DNA from: a bacterium
GTDB taxonomy: Bacteria; Bacillota_I; Bacilli_A; RFN20; CAG-288
Assembly: GCA_963621825.1 (NCBI GenBank)
Contig: CAVFFP010000005.1
Location: 7,417-71,416, forward strand
Length of the DNA stretch: 64,000 nt
Direction: 5' to 3'
Positions 37,965-47,061 of this stretch are shown here, one piece after another. How positions within the stretch are numbered: the stretch's first letter is position 1; each line of letters opens with the position of its first letter. A program made the position numbers and the translations under genes. The notes below the pieces were generated by a model, which searched no databases, was not told the origin of the DNA, and was given only the letters and a program-made list of their open reading frames with translations.

Positions 37965-38140
37965 ATATAAGTTCTATTTTCGTAAAATAGTAATATGTTT
38001 TCGTAATCGATTGAAAAATGGATTCTTGCTTATACGATACCTGGGAAACCCAAGAGCAAGAATCAAAAGATATGCCCGAAAGAAGATAGATAAACATATA
38101 GTGACGCAAAAGTAAAAAGAACAATAAAACGCCTTGATGG

Positions 38141-38223
38141 TGCAAAAATGGTGGTTTTGAGGATAACTGATGCCGCAAAAATGGCGGTTTTGGCTTCAAA
38201 TCATGTTGTAAAAATGGTAATAT
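38141..38223 (+). repeat. Three direct repeats at exactly 33 bp spacing upstream of ATPase gene 38250..39584
   Basis: The copies are TGCAAAAATGGTGGTTTTG (38141), CGCAAAAATGGCGGTTTTG (38174) and TGTAAAAATGGTAATAT (38207). The proximal copy contains the extended -10 TGgTAATAT (38215-38223). Confidence 0.75.
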
Positions 38224-38249
38224 ATAGTCAAATAAAGTGAGGCTGTATT

Positions 38250-39584
38250 ATGTTCAGAAGAAAAGTTTATGATGAACTTACCGAATGGAAGAATACGTTA
38301 TCGGGAAGATATGTGGCATTATTGGAGGGTGCAAGGCGAGTTGGAAAATCCACTATTGCAGAAGAATTTGCAAAGAACAACTATAAATCTTATATTCTTA
38401 TCGATTTTTCAAAACTGACAAAAGAGGAAGAGGAAGCGTTTGAGGATATCAATAATCTGGACTTCTTTTTTATGAGATTGCAGGCGATAAGGAATGTGAA
38501 GCTTGAACGAAGAAATTCCGTCATCATTTTTGATGAAATTCAGTTTGCCCCTAAGGTAAGACAGGCGATTAAACATTTAGTCAAAGATGGTCGATATGAT
38601 TATATTGAGACTGGTTCTCTGATTTCTATTAAAAGGAATGTACAGGATATCCTGATACCATCGGAAGAGCATAAGATATCTGTATATCCGATGGATTATG
38701 AAGAATTCTGTTGGGCTATCGGGTACGATTACGATATTTTGAAGCAAGTGAGCGGACATAAAGGACCACTTGGTCAGGCAACGAATCGAAAACTGATGAG
38801 AGATTTCAGTTTATATATGGCTGTTGGCGGCATGCCTCAGGCTGTCGATGCCTATCTTAGAGAAAAGAATCTGAATGAGGTAGATAGGATAAAAAGAGAT
38901 ATTCTGAGTCTTTATCATGATGATTTCTATAAGATTGACAATAGCGGACGATTATCTGCTTTATTTGATGCCATCCCTAGTCAGCTTGCTAATAATAATA
39001 AGTTCTACATAACGAAGGTCACTGAAAAAAAGATAACAGAAAGAGACTTGGAGAATATTTATAACCTGATTGATTCGAAAACTGTCTTGCCATGCTATAA
39101 AGTCAATGATCCGTCCTTATCCTTGAACGCCACAAAGAATCTGAATGATTTCAAACTCTATCTGTCTGATATCGGTTTGTTTACGACAGTGTTATTTCAA
39201 GACAGGATGCTCTATAATGAGAACATCTATGCGAAGCTTCTATCGGATAAACTAGATGTCAATCTAGGTTATCTATATGAGAACGCGATGGCTCAGATTA
39301 TAAAATCGACGAATAGAGATCTTTATTTCTATACGTTCAAAAACGAAAACAAGACTCATTCTTTTGAAATTGATTTTCTTACTACTGACAGAAGCAAAGT
39401 CGTTCCTATAGAGGTTAAGTCATCCAATGTAAGAAATCATAAGTCTATCAATGAATTTATGTTGAAGTATTCGAATAAAATATCTAGAAGCATTTTATTT
39501 TCTCAAGATGATATTTCAAATGATGGAGCACTAGAACTGAAACCGATGTATTTAGCAGAAATAATCCTTTCTACATTGAAGTAA
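38250..39584 (+). CDS. AAA ATPase (AAA_14 type) with a DUF4143 / PD-(D/E)xK-like C-terminus
   Basis: 444 aa. Walker A is LEGARRVGKST and Walker B is IIFDEIQ. The C-terminus is FEIDFLTTDRSKVVPIEVKSS. Confidence 0.85.
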   Translation: MFRRKVYDELTEWKNTLSGRYVALLEGARRVGKSTIAEEFAKNNYKSYILIDFSKLTKEEEEAFEDINNLDFFFMRLQAIRNVKLERRNSVIIFDEIQFAPKVRQAIKHLVKDGRYDYIETGSLISIKRNVQDILIPSEEHKISVYPMDYEEFCWAIGYDYDILKQVSGHKGPLGQATNRKLMRDFSLYMAVGGMPQAVDAYLREKNLNEVDRIKRDILSLYHDDFYKIDNSGRLSALFDAIPSQLANNNKFYITKVTEKKITERDLENIYNLIDSKTVLPCYKVNDPSLSLNATKNLNDFKLYLSDIGLFTTVLFQDRMLYNENIYAKLLSDKLDVNLGYLYENAMAQIIKSTNRDLYFYTFKNENKTHSFEIDFLTTDRSKVVPIEVKSSNVRNHKSINEFMLKYSNKISRSILFSQDDISNDGALELKPMYLAEIILSTLK

Positions 39585-39586
39585 AA

Positions 39587-39636
39587 AAAGACTGATCTTC
39601 TATAGGACTTTGATAACCTATATTAGATCAGTCTTT
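39587..39636. terminator. Long hairpin between convergent genes, a probable bidirectional terminator
   Basis: AAAGACTGATC (39587-39597) pairs with GATCAGTCTTT (39626-39636). Inner pairing TATAGG/CCTATA is also possible. TCTGTTT follows on the plus strand and a T-run follows on the minus strand. Confidence 0.55.
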
Positions 39637-39659
39637 TCTGTTTGACTTATAAAATGAGA

Positions 39660-40247
39660 TTAGAAGTCAATTTTGATGAGTTTCTTCACGATTTCAATAG
39701 CGGCTTCAGAGATATCATCCAAAGTACCATCGAATTCACCTTTGAGGTAGTTGAGATAGGTTGCGGCCACACCATTGGAGATGAGTTCCGCTGCCATCAA
39801 GACGGATTTCTGCTTGTCATCCGTTACGGTCTTAGAAAGCTCATCGACTAAGAAGTTGCGGTAAGACTGTAAAAGCTTGTTATGGAAGTCATCATAGATG
39901 TGGATCGGGATATATTTGACAATATATCGGAACCCTTCATCATTGTTCCTTAAGAAATCGGTAAGCTGCGCAAAGAAGAAGTCACATCTTTGTTCGAAAT
40001 TGAGATCCTTGTTCTTGCATAATGCCTCATCAAAATTGCGGATGAGTTTGTTTTCGATATCTTCGATGACGTCTTCAATGGATTTATAGTGGTTGTAGAA
40101 GGTTCCACGGTTGATATTTGCTTTTGTGACGATGTCGCTGATTGTAATGCTCTGCAATCCCTTGCTTTCGTGAAGAAGGTCGAAGACGGCTTGCTGAATT
40201 TTCTCTTTTGAACGGATAGAGTTTTTGTATTCCTTTCTTTCTTGCAT
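39660..40247 (-). CDS. TetR-family transcriptional regulator
   Basis: 195 aa with the N-terminal TetR HTH (ITISDIVTKANINRGTFYNHYKSIEDV). Confidence 0.8.
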   Translation of the reverse strand: MQERKEYKNSIRSKEKIQQAVFDLLHESKGLQSITISDIVTKANINRGTFYNHYKSIEDVIEDIENKLIRNFDEALCKNKDLNFEQRCDFFFAQLTDFLRNNDEGFRYIVKYIPIHIYDDFHNKLLQSYRNFLVDELSKTVTDDKQKSVLMAAELISNGVAATYLNYLKGEFDGTLDDISEAAIEIVKKLIKIDF

Positions 40248-40535
40248 AGATTCCCCCTTTTATGACTGCGTTTAGATAATAATATAGATATGTTCAAAAT
40301 TTTTCAAGTATAAATAAGAGATAGAAACAAAAATGTTGTTTTGTTTCTTATCGTAATCATCGGGATATTTCGCTTTAAAATTGGTGAATGTTCAATATTT
40401 TTTAAAATGATACACTTAAAGTGTCCAAAATTATATAACTACTAGGAGAACTCAAAAAAATGTTTTTTTCTGAACGGAAAAGATTCTTTATCTGAACTTG
40501 TTGAAAAACATTGAAAGTGAGTTGAAAGATTATTC

Positions 40536-41084
40536 TTAATCAGAACGTCCGATGATCTTGATGAAATGGAAGGACGCGGATTCTAAACATTTCATGAGTT
40601 CTTTTGCGACATCCTCCGTGTTTCCTTTCATTCCTCTTTTGATCCATTCATCGATGAATCCGAATATGGCTGCTGCTTTAGCTGCTTTTAAGTAGGCAGT
40701 ATGATCTTCTGTCTCCTTCTTTGGTCCACATCTATCATAGATATGTTCGTATAAGAGATGGGAGAGATTGTTTTTATATAGTACTTCAAATTGATCCTGA
40801 TAATTCTTCAGATGATCGAGTAGGTGGATAAGAAGTTCGTTTCCGCTTTCTCCTTTATGTTCATTATGGAACTTTTCTGTCTCTTCATTCATATAGGAGT
40901 TAAGGACATCCTCTTTGCTTTTGAAGTTTCTGTAATAGGAAATACGGGATACTCCTGCTTTCTTAGCAATATCCTGGATACGTATTTCTGAAAACTGTTT
41001 TTCCTTCATCAATTCAAGCAATGCGAAAAAGATACTTTCTTTGATGTAAGGCGCTGAATTCTTGTTCTTCTTTATGTTATTCAA
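40536..41084 (-). CDS. TetR-family transcriptional regulator
   Basis: 182 aa with the N-terminal TetR HTH (IRIQDIAKKAGVSRISYYRNFKSKEDV). It is transcribed divergently from the GH43/ABC operon. Confidence 0.8.
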   Translation of the reverse strand: MNNIKKNKNSAPYIKESIFFALLELMKEKQFSEIRIQDIAKKAGVSRISYYRNFKSKEDVLNSYMNEETEKFHNEHKGESGNELLIHLLDHLKNYQDQFEVLYKNNLSHLLYEHIYDRCGPKKETEDHTAYLKAAKAAAIFGFIDEWIKRGMKGNTEDVAKELMKCLESASFHFIKIIGRSD

Positions 41085-41273
41085 AGCAGTATCACCTGTT
41101 CGAATATTATACTCTATTTTTAGACTGAGAAAACGGGTTTGAATTCAGTTGGGTAGCGAATATGTTCTAGACTGTTACGGGACTGGCAATTCATGTTGAA
41201 TAGTGGACACCTTGTTCTTTCGCAAGAAAAAATATCATGTTGAATATTTTTTGAAAAACAAGCATTTTGGGTA

Positions 41274-41303
41274 TTGCTATAACGATATAGTAGATGATAT
41301 AAT
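41274..41303 (+). promoter_or_regulatory. Candidate sigma-A promoter of the GH43/ABC operon
   Basis: TTGCTA (41274-41279), an 18 nt spacer ending in TGa, then TATAAT (41298-41303). The RBS GAGG and the ATG at 41336 lie downstream. Confidence 0.5.
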
Positions 41304-41316
41304 GAAATCGCTTACA
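41303..41316 (+). promoter_or_regulatory. cre / LacI-family operator-like palindrome overlapping the -10 and predicted transcription start
   Basis: TGAAATCGCTTACA matches the CcpA cre consensus TGWAANCGNTNWCA at every constrained position. Confidence 0.6.
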
Positions 41317-41335
41317 TAGGGCGAGGTAATACAAA

Positions 41336-42520
41336 ATGGTCCAGACAAAGGCAAAGTCTAAGCTCGTAAAATACCTTTCCATCTTCAGTCTGTTTTTCGT
41401 CTTGCAGGCTTGTAATTCTACAGCCGATAGTTCTAGTTTTGACACGACAAGTTCTCAAAAAGAATCAACGGTTTTAGAACGCGTCAGTCAGAATAATACC
41501 TATTCTAATCCCGTATATCCTATTGTAGATGGAGTAAAGCAGCCAACATATACTGCAGATCCTTTTATAGTCAGAGATGATGACGGAATGTATTATCTAT
41601 ATTGCACACAAACGGATGTCTTCAACCCTAAAGCAAGTTTTCAAAGGGGACCTGTTTGGAAATCGATCGATATGGTCAATTGGCAATATGTCTCTGATGT
41701 TTTTGAAAATTATACGCCGGACTGGGGGACAAGTGGTGCGGGTGTTTGGGCACCTACTGTCATTAAAATAGGAGACACGTGGAACTTTTATTATTCATTG
41801 TCTACTGGTGGTGATAGTAATCCGGGTATTGGTGTTGCGACATCTCCAACACCCTATGGTCCATTTACTCATCATGGAAAACTTTTCAATTCAGAAGAAA
41901 TCGGTGTCACAAATTCGATAGATCCTTATGTTTTTATAGATGACGGTACTGTCTATATGGCTTTTGGTTCCTATGGCGGATTGATTACACTGATTGAATT
42001 GACAGATGATGGTTTAGGTTTGAAAAATGGCTTAGATTATCAAAAAGACAATAAAACAGCTATTGCAGGTTTTGAACTCTACGACATGACAAATTATGAG
42101 GGAACATTCATTCTGAAGAAAGAAGGATGGTATTACTTGTTCTTATCTACGGGAAGCTGCTGCAGTGGTGTCAACTCGACTTATAAAGTAGTTGTCGGAA
42201 AAAGTCAAAATGTAAAAGGCCCCTATCTAGATAGCAAAGGCAGAGATTTATTTAAACCGAATCGTGGTGATCCGGTCGTGGTCCCTTCTCTTTCGGGCGC
42301 CATGGGTACTGGGCATTGTGCTGTTATTCAAGATGATAAAGAAAACTACTGGATGCTTTATCATGGATATGACACAAAAGGAACAAAACAAAGTTATCGC
42401 TCGTTGTACTTAGATCTTTTGATTTTTGATGAAGACACAGGAATGCCGCATGTACAAGATAATGTCGCTTCTAACGAAGAAATAAAAGATGGTCCGTACA
42501 TTAAAGTCTTGGAGGAATGA
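41336..42520 (+). CDS. GH43 glycoside hydrolase lipoprotein (arabinanase/arabinofuranosidase type)
   Basis: 394 aa with a signal peptide and lipobox-like VLQACNS. GH43 blocks are ADPFIVRDDDGMYYLYCT, GVWAPTVIKIGDTWNFYYS and SIDPYVFIDDG. Confidence 0.85.
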   Translation: MVQTKAKSKLVKYLSIFSLFFVLQACNSTADSSSFDTTSSQKESTVLERVSQNNTYSNPVYPIVDGVKQPTYTADPFIVRDDDGMYYLYCTQTDVFNPKASFQRGPVWKSIDMVNWQYVSDVFENYTPDWGTSGAGVWAPTVIKIGDTWNFYYSLSTGGDSNPGIGVATSPTPYGPFTHHGKLFNSEEIGVTNSIDPYVFIDDGTVYMAFGSYGGLITLIELTDDGLGLKNGLDYQKDNKTAIAGFELYDMTNYEGTFILKKEGWYYLFLSTGSCCSGVNSTYKVVVGKSQNVKGPYLDSKGRDLFKPNRGDPVVVPSLSGAMGTGHCAVIQDDKENYWMLYHGYDTKGTKQSYRSLYLDLLIFDEDTGMPHVQDNVASNEEIKDGPYIKVLEE

Positions 42521-42522
42521 TT

Positions 42523-43707
42523 ATGAAGAAAGGAATATTGCTTAGCCTGATAGTTCCTATACTCATCTCTTGTCAGGGACAAACTTCTGCATTGAAACCT
42601 TCCAGTACGGGAACGACTTCGGATACACAGGAAACGAATGAGATTCACTATATTCAGAAAGAATATCAGAATCCTCTGAAATTCTATAAACAAGACGGCT
42701 CAGAATATTTTGTTGGAGTTGCGGATCCAGATGTGATTAAGGGTGATGATGGATACTATTATCTTTATTGCACGAATACCTATTGTGAAATGGGCAGTAA
42801 AGGGATGCAATATGACAGAGGACCTATATTTCAAAGTAAGGACCTTGTCAATTGGAAATGGGTGGCCAGTGCATTTGATGGACACCCTGACGCCCTGAAT
42901 TGGGGCAAAGCAGAAGCTGGTGTCTGGGCGCCTACTGTCATCAAGGTCGGTGATCATTACTGCTATTACTATTCCTTATCGATATTGAATGATGATAATC
43001 CAGGAATTGGTGTCGCTACTTCTCCTACTCCCTATGGTCCGTTTACACACTACGGCAAGATTCTTGATTCAAAATTGTCTGGCGTCAAAAATTCGATAGA
43101 TCCAGTCGCACATTATGATAAAGACGGGAAATTATATCTGATTTGGGGTTCTTTCTTCGGCATTGGTGCTGTTGAATTGACTGATGACGGAACGGAAGTA
43201 TTCTACGGTATGGAAAATATGCAAGAACATGTTTCATATCTAGTCAAAGACAACACGGATGGAAATATGAACCTTGAAATCAATTATGAAGGTTCATACA
43301 TCATAGAGAAAGATAACCAATATTATTACATGGGATCACAAGGAACCTGTCTATCCGGCACAGAGTCTACATATCGTGTCAAGGTGGGTAAGTCTGATTC
43401 ATTGTTTGGCCCGTATTATGGTAGTGATGGGAAAGAATTGGATGACTTAGAAGGAAGCTTCGGTGACTTGGTTATTGCTCCTAGTGACGAGGTTGCTGGC
43501 ACAGGTCATAATTCTGTTATTCAAGATGAAAACGGTGATTATTGGCTTATCTATCATGGATATGATAAGGCGGGAGAATATCCGACGGAAAGAACACTCT
43601 TTATAGATAAGTTGCTGTGGGATGAAAATACAGGCATGCCATATGTCAAAGACAAGAAGGCGACGATTCGGGAAGATGTCAAAGGTCCAAAAACAATAAA
43701 TTTTTAG
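42523..43707 (+). CDS. GH43 glycoside hydrolase lipoprotein, paralog of 41336..42520
   Basis: The ATG at 42523 lies 6 nt after GGAGGA, so the track start at 42517 is probably 2 codons too early. The lipobox is ILISCQG. GH43 blocks are ADPDVIKGDDGYYYLYCT, GVWAPTVIKVGDHYCYYYS and SIDPVAHYD. Confidence 0.85.
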   Translation: MKKGILLSLIVPILISCQGQTSALKPSSTGTTSDTQETNEIHYIQKEYQNPLKFYKQDGSEYFVGVADPDVIKGDDGYYYLYCTNTYCEMGSKGMQYDRGPIFQSKDLVNWKWVASAFDGHPDALNWGKAEAGVWAPTVIKVGDHYCYYYSLSILNDDNPGIGVATSPTPYGPFTHYGKILDSKLSGVKNSIDPVAHYDKDGKLYLIWGSFFGIGAVELTDDGTEVFYGMENMQEHVSYLVKDNTDGNMNLEINYEGSYIIEKDNQYYYMGSQGTCLSGTESTYRVKVGKSDSLFGPYYGSDGKELDDLEGSFGDLVIAPSDEVAGTGHNSVIQDENGDYWLIYHGYDKAGEYPTERTLFIDKLLWDENTGMPYVKDKKATIREDVKGPKTINF

Positions 43708-43719
43708 GAGGAACCTCAA

Positions 43720-45222
43720 ATGAATAAGAATTTGAAAAACTGTTTGTCGTTGATGTTTCTGACGTCGGTGCTGTTCTCGTGCGGTACAACCACTTCTACT
43801 TCTGATACTAGTATGAATACTGGCGACGGAGATATAAATCGTGATGAGAACGGCAATGTTATTTATAAGGATATCACATTGAAAATGTGGTCTGTTACCA
43901 CAGGTGATGATGCGGCAACACAGGATGAAATCATTTCTGATTTTAATGAACTTTACAGTGGAATGATCAAGGTTGAAGTGGAACATCATTCAAGATATGA
44001 TCTTGAGCAATTATTGAATACAACAATGCAATTCGATAAGAAAAACGCCCCGGATCTGATGTTCAACCATGGAAGCAGAGCGAGCGAGTATAATGCGCGT
44101 GGGTGGCTTACACCTTGTGAAACATATTTTGAAAAGGCGAATGTTATTTTTGATAAGTCTGATTTCTCTTCTTCTCTTTTGTCTTCTGTTACATTAGACG
44201 GAAAAGTCTATGGTATGCCAATTGACTGCCATAGTGCAATGGTTGAGATTCGAACAGATATTTTGGAAAAGAATAACTTATCTATACCGACGAATTATCA
44301 AGAATTAGTCGATGTATGTGACAAAGCGGCTGAACTTGCTAGTAATAACAATCTATGGATTAGAGGAGAAAATTCTGATGGATACGCCTCATCAGAATGG
44401 AGAAAAGCCAGTACAGCAGAAGCTTATACCGCTTTCCCGATTTCCTATGGTGATATGTGGGTACATGAATTTTTCGGATATACTGCAATTGTTCAAAATG
44501 GTGCGGATATTATCGATACCACTACGGGAATGCCTAAATGGTATAGCAAAGAAAGCAATGAAGGCTTACAGCTTGTACGTGATTGGGTTACACCATCGGA
44601 TAGCAGTCTAAACAATTATGCTATGTCGAAGGATTATGGATCAACTTATGATGTCGGGGATGCTCCCTTCAGAAGTGGAACAGCTATATTTAAATTGCAG
44701 GGTCCCTGGTCTTATCAGAAAGATATGGATGATTTTGATAGCATTTTAGCAAAAGACGGCGGGAAGAATAATATTACAACTAGAAGCATGTCTAATTTGC
44801 TCGCTAAGGATAACAGCAAAGAATATGCTTCAAAGGTTAAGGGTGAGGGTCATGCAATTATGATGCTCAACACAATTTCATCGATGACTAAAGCCTGTGC
44901 TTCTGCCGTTTTCATGGACTATATGGCTTATAACAGCGGAATCAAATGGGCGAAAAGAGGTCATATTCCTGCTGCACAATCCGTTGCTCAATCGGAAGCG
45001 TATACCGGTGATGAAGATTATAAGAGCTATATCAAATATTGGGGAACACCGAACGATTATGTTGTTGTTCAACCAACTCCCTATTATTCCTATGTCGATC
45101 AGTACTTTAAGAATGGTTTGAATCAGGTTATGTCTAGTCAGTATAAATCAACTAGTGTTGATGACATTATGAAAAAACAGTTTAACGACTGCAAAGAATA
45201 CATTGAACTCTTTGAAGAGTAA
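43720..45222 (+). CDS. Sugar ABC transporter substrate-binding lipoprotein (family 1 SBP)
   Basis: 500 aa with lipobox VLFSCGTT. It sits immediately before two MalF/MalG-type permease genes. Confidence 0.85.
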   Translation: MNKNLKNCLSLMFLTSVLFSCGTTTSTSDTSMNTGDGDINRDENGNVIYKDITLKMWSVTTGDDAATQDEIISDFNELYSGMIKVEVEHHSRYDLEQLLNTTMQFDKKNAPDLMFNHGSRASEYNARGWLTPCETYFEKANVIFDKSDFSSSLLSSVTLDGKVYGMPIDCHSAMVEIRTDILEKNNLSIPTNYQELVDVCDKAAELASNNNLWIRGENSDGYASSEWRKASTAEAYTAFPISYGDMWVHEFFGYTAIVQNGADIIDTTTGMPKWYSKESNEGLQLVRDWVTPSDSSLNNYAMSKDYGSTYDVGDAPFRSGTAIFKLQGPWSYQKDMDDFDSILAKDGGKNNITTRSMSNLLAKDNSKEYASKVKGEGHAIMMLNTISSMTKACASAVFMDYMAYNSGIKWAKRGHIPAAQSVAQSEAYTGDEDYKSYIKYWGTPNDYVVVQPTPYYSYVDQYFKNGLNQVMSSQYKSTSVDDIMKKQFNDCKEYIELFEE

Positions 45223-45227
45223 AAATT

Positions 45228-46196
45228 ATGAAAGTATCTTTAATTGAATACGCGACAAAAAAAGAGAAGACGAGGAGCTTGGCTAGGAAGTCTGGGGCTG
45301 TATCTTTCTTTCTTGGACCTTATGGTGTTTGCTTCATTATGTTTTTCCTTTTTCCGTTTGTCTTCGGTATCATCATGTCATTATGTTCTTTTGATGGCAC
45401 CTCTATGTTTCCAAGCCAATTTGTCGGTTTTTCAAATTATCAAAGATTATTTTCGGATAACATTCTTTCCAGAAACTTCTGGACGAGTGTATGGACCACG
45501 GTTAAATTTGATTTGATCATAGTTCCTCTATCTATTCTTATTCCTTTGGGACTAGCTCTCTTGATCAATATGAAGCCACCCGGATATAAGATTTTCCGTG
45601 CTGCAATCTATTTACCTGGCATTTTCCCACTTACTGCGACGGGTTTGATTCTCTTGAAGATGTTCAGTTATCAAAATGGCTATATCAATAATTTGTTCAA
45701 TATCAATGTTGATTGGTTTGGCAATACTACTACCGCATGGCTAATGGTGGGTTTGCTTTGCATTTGGTGTGGCATCGGCGGAAATTTCATCATCTTATGC
45801 GCTGGTCTTGAAAATGTGGATAAGACCTTATATGAAGCGGCTAATGTTGATGGCTGCTCATCATTCAAAAAGTTCTTGCATGTCACTCTTCCTGCGATAC
45901 AGCCTCAATTGTTTATTTGTATTTTTACGACTTTTATCGGCTATATGAACCTTTATGGACAACTCTTCATCTTGACATCGAACACACCAGATCAGAACGC
46001 AATGAAGAGTGCGGTTTATCGTATTCAGGATTTGCTGATGGGATCAAGCAAGACATATGGATATGCGGCTAGCATGGGTATTTGTTTAGGCGTGATTATT
46101 ATTGCTGTTGCCATCGTTCAACTTATCTTATCCAAAGAGAGGAAAGGAGGGAACAAACATGAAAAAGGATTCATGGATTGGAAAAAATCTAGGTAA
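45228..46196 (+). CDS. Sugar ABC transporter permease (MalF/UgpA-like)
   Basis: 322 aa, 6-TM type, with the EAA-loop region YEAANVDGCSSFKKFLHVTLP. Confidence 0.85.
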   Translation: MKVSLIEYATKKEKTRSLARKSGAVSFFLGPYGVCFIMFFLFPFVFGIIMSLCSFDGTSMFPSQFVGFSNYQRLFSDNILSRNFWTSVWTTVKFDLIIVPLSILIPLGLALLINMKPPGYKIFRAAIYLPGIFPLTATGLILLKMFSYQNGYINNLFNINVDWFGNTTTAWLMVGLLCIWCGIGGNFIILCAGLENVDKTLYEAANVDGCSSFKKFLHVTLPAIQPQLFICIFTTFIGYMNLYGQLFILTSNTPDQNAMKSAVYRIQDLLMGSSKTYGYAASMGICLGVIIIAVAIVQLILSKERKGGNKHEKGFMDWKKSR

Positions 46197-47052
46197 AACG
46201 ATTTCATTTCTTGTTTTGCTCCTTGTCTCTGTGCTAATGCTGATTCCTATCGTTTGGGGTATTGTTGGTTCGTTTAGAAATGCTTCCGATATGCAGAATC
46301 ATCCTTCTTTGTTCTTCCCATCTTCTTGGAGTGAGTTTACATTTGATGGCTATAAAGAACTCTTTTCCAAAACGGAATATATTGAAGGACGTGGCAATGA
46401 ATGGTTCCCTATATGGAACTGGCTGTTCAATTCTTTGATTGTTTCTATTGGCGGAACATTGCTTTATCTTGTGATTGCTTCCTTTGCGGCTTATGCGTTT
46501 GTGTTCTTGGATTTCAAATATTCAAACAAAATCTTCTATTTCCTTATAGGAACAATGACAATTCCTGGCATTATATCTACCGCTCCGCAGCTTATTAACA
46601 TGAACATGCTGGGATTATATAAGAACCTGTTAGGTCTTATCGTTCCGAGTCTAGGTGGTGTATATGGCGTGTTCTTGATTCGTCAATTCTTCCTTGGTAT
46701 TCCTAAAGATCTGATTGAGAATGCAAGAATGGATGGCGCTTCCAACATGAAGATTTTCCTCAAAGTTGTTTTACCTCTTGGAAAATCTGCCTTATTTGTT
46801 GAGGGCTTGTTTGGATTCATGGGAGCCTGGAATGATGTTCAATGGGCACAGCTAATCATAGGCAACGCGCCAAGAAGCACATGGACATTGGCATATGGAT
46901 TGAAAGTTATCTCGGATAATTCTGAGTCGTATGAAGCGACAACGCTAGCATTGGCGAGTGCAGTCATAACAATGATTCCTATCTTGCTCGTTTATCTTGT
47001 TACGCAGTCTAAGATTATAGAAGGTGTTGCCAACACTGGTATAAAACGATAG
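46159..47052 (+). CDS. Sugar ABC transporter permease (MalG/UgpE-like)
   Basis: The ATG at 46159 follows the RBS AAAGGAGGGAAC. The EAA loop is ENARMDGASNMKIFLKVVLP. The gene overlaps the end of the previous permease gene. Confidence 0.85.
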   Translation: MKKDSWIGKNLGKTISFLVLLLVSVLMLIPIVWGIVGSFRNASDMQNHPSLFFPSSWSEFTFDGYKELFSKTEYIEGRGNEWFPIWNWLFNSLIVSIGGTLLYLVIASFAAYAFVFLDFKYSNKIFYFLIGTMTIPGIISTAPQLINMNMLGLYKNLLGLIVPSLGGVYGVFLIRQFFLGIPKDLIENARMDGASNMKIFLKVVLPLGKSALFVEGLFGFMGAWNDVQWAQLIIGNAPRSTWTLAYGLKVISDNSESYEATTLALASAVITMIPILLVYLVTQSKIIEGVANTGIKR

Positions 47053-47061
47053 GAGAACAAT

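Noticed and set aside
37948-38199. An 83 aa minus-strand ORF with repeated KPPFL(R/H)HQ.
   Set aside because: The peptide repeat is just the translation of the 33 bp phased DNA repeats upstream of the ATPase gene. There is no RBS, and the ORF overlaps the end of the SGNH gene.
11579-38223. The phased direct repeats might be mini-CRISPR arrays.
   Set aside because: Each locus has only three copies, the copies are imperfect, and the gaps between them are only about 8-16 nt. No cas genes are present, and each array overlaps a promoter immediately upstream of a gene.
40323-40348. The hairpin AGAAACAAAA-ATGTTG-TTTTGTTTCT between the two TetR genes as a possible terminator.
   Set aside because: The stem is almost entirely A-T (2 G-C pairs) and has no clear T-run on the relevant strand, so it is too weak to call.
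40460-40495. An 11-codon mini-ORF (MFFSERKRFFI) with an AGGAGA RBS on the plus strand.
   Set aside because: It lies opposite in orientation to both flanking genes. It has no downstream gene to regulate, and its conservation cannot be assessed.
41191-41445. An 84 aa minus-strand ORF across the GH43 promoter and start.
   Set aside because: It overlaps the promoter, the cre site and the 5' end of the GH43 gene. It has no RBS and no recognisable features.
43447-43989. A 180 aa minus-strand ORF.
   Set aside because: It lies entirely antisense to the well-supported GH43 and SBP genes. Its composition is low-complexity and Cys/Arg/Ile-rich, typical of a shadow ORF.
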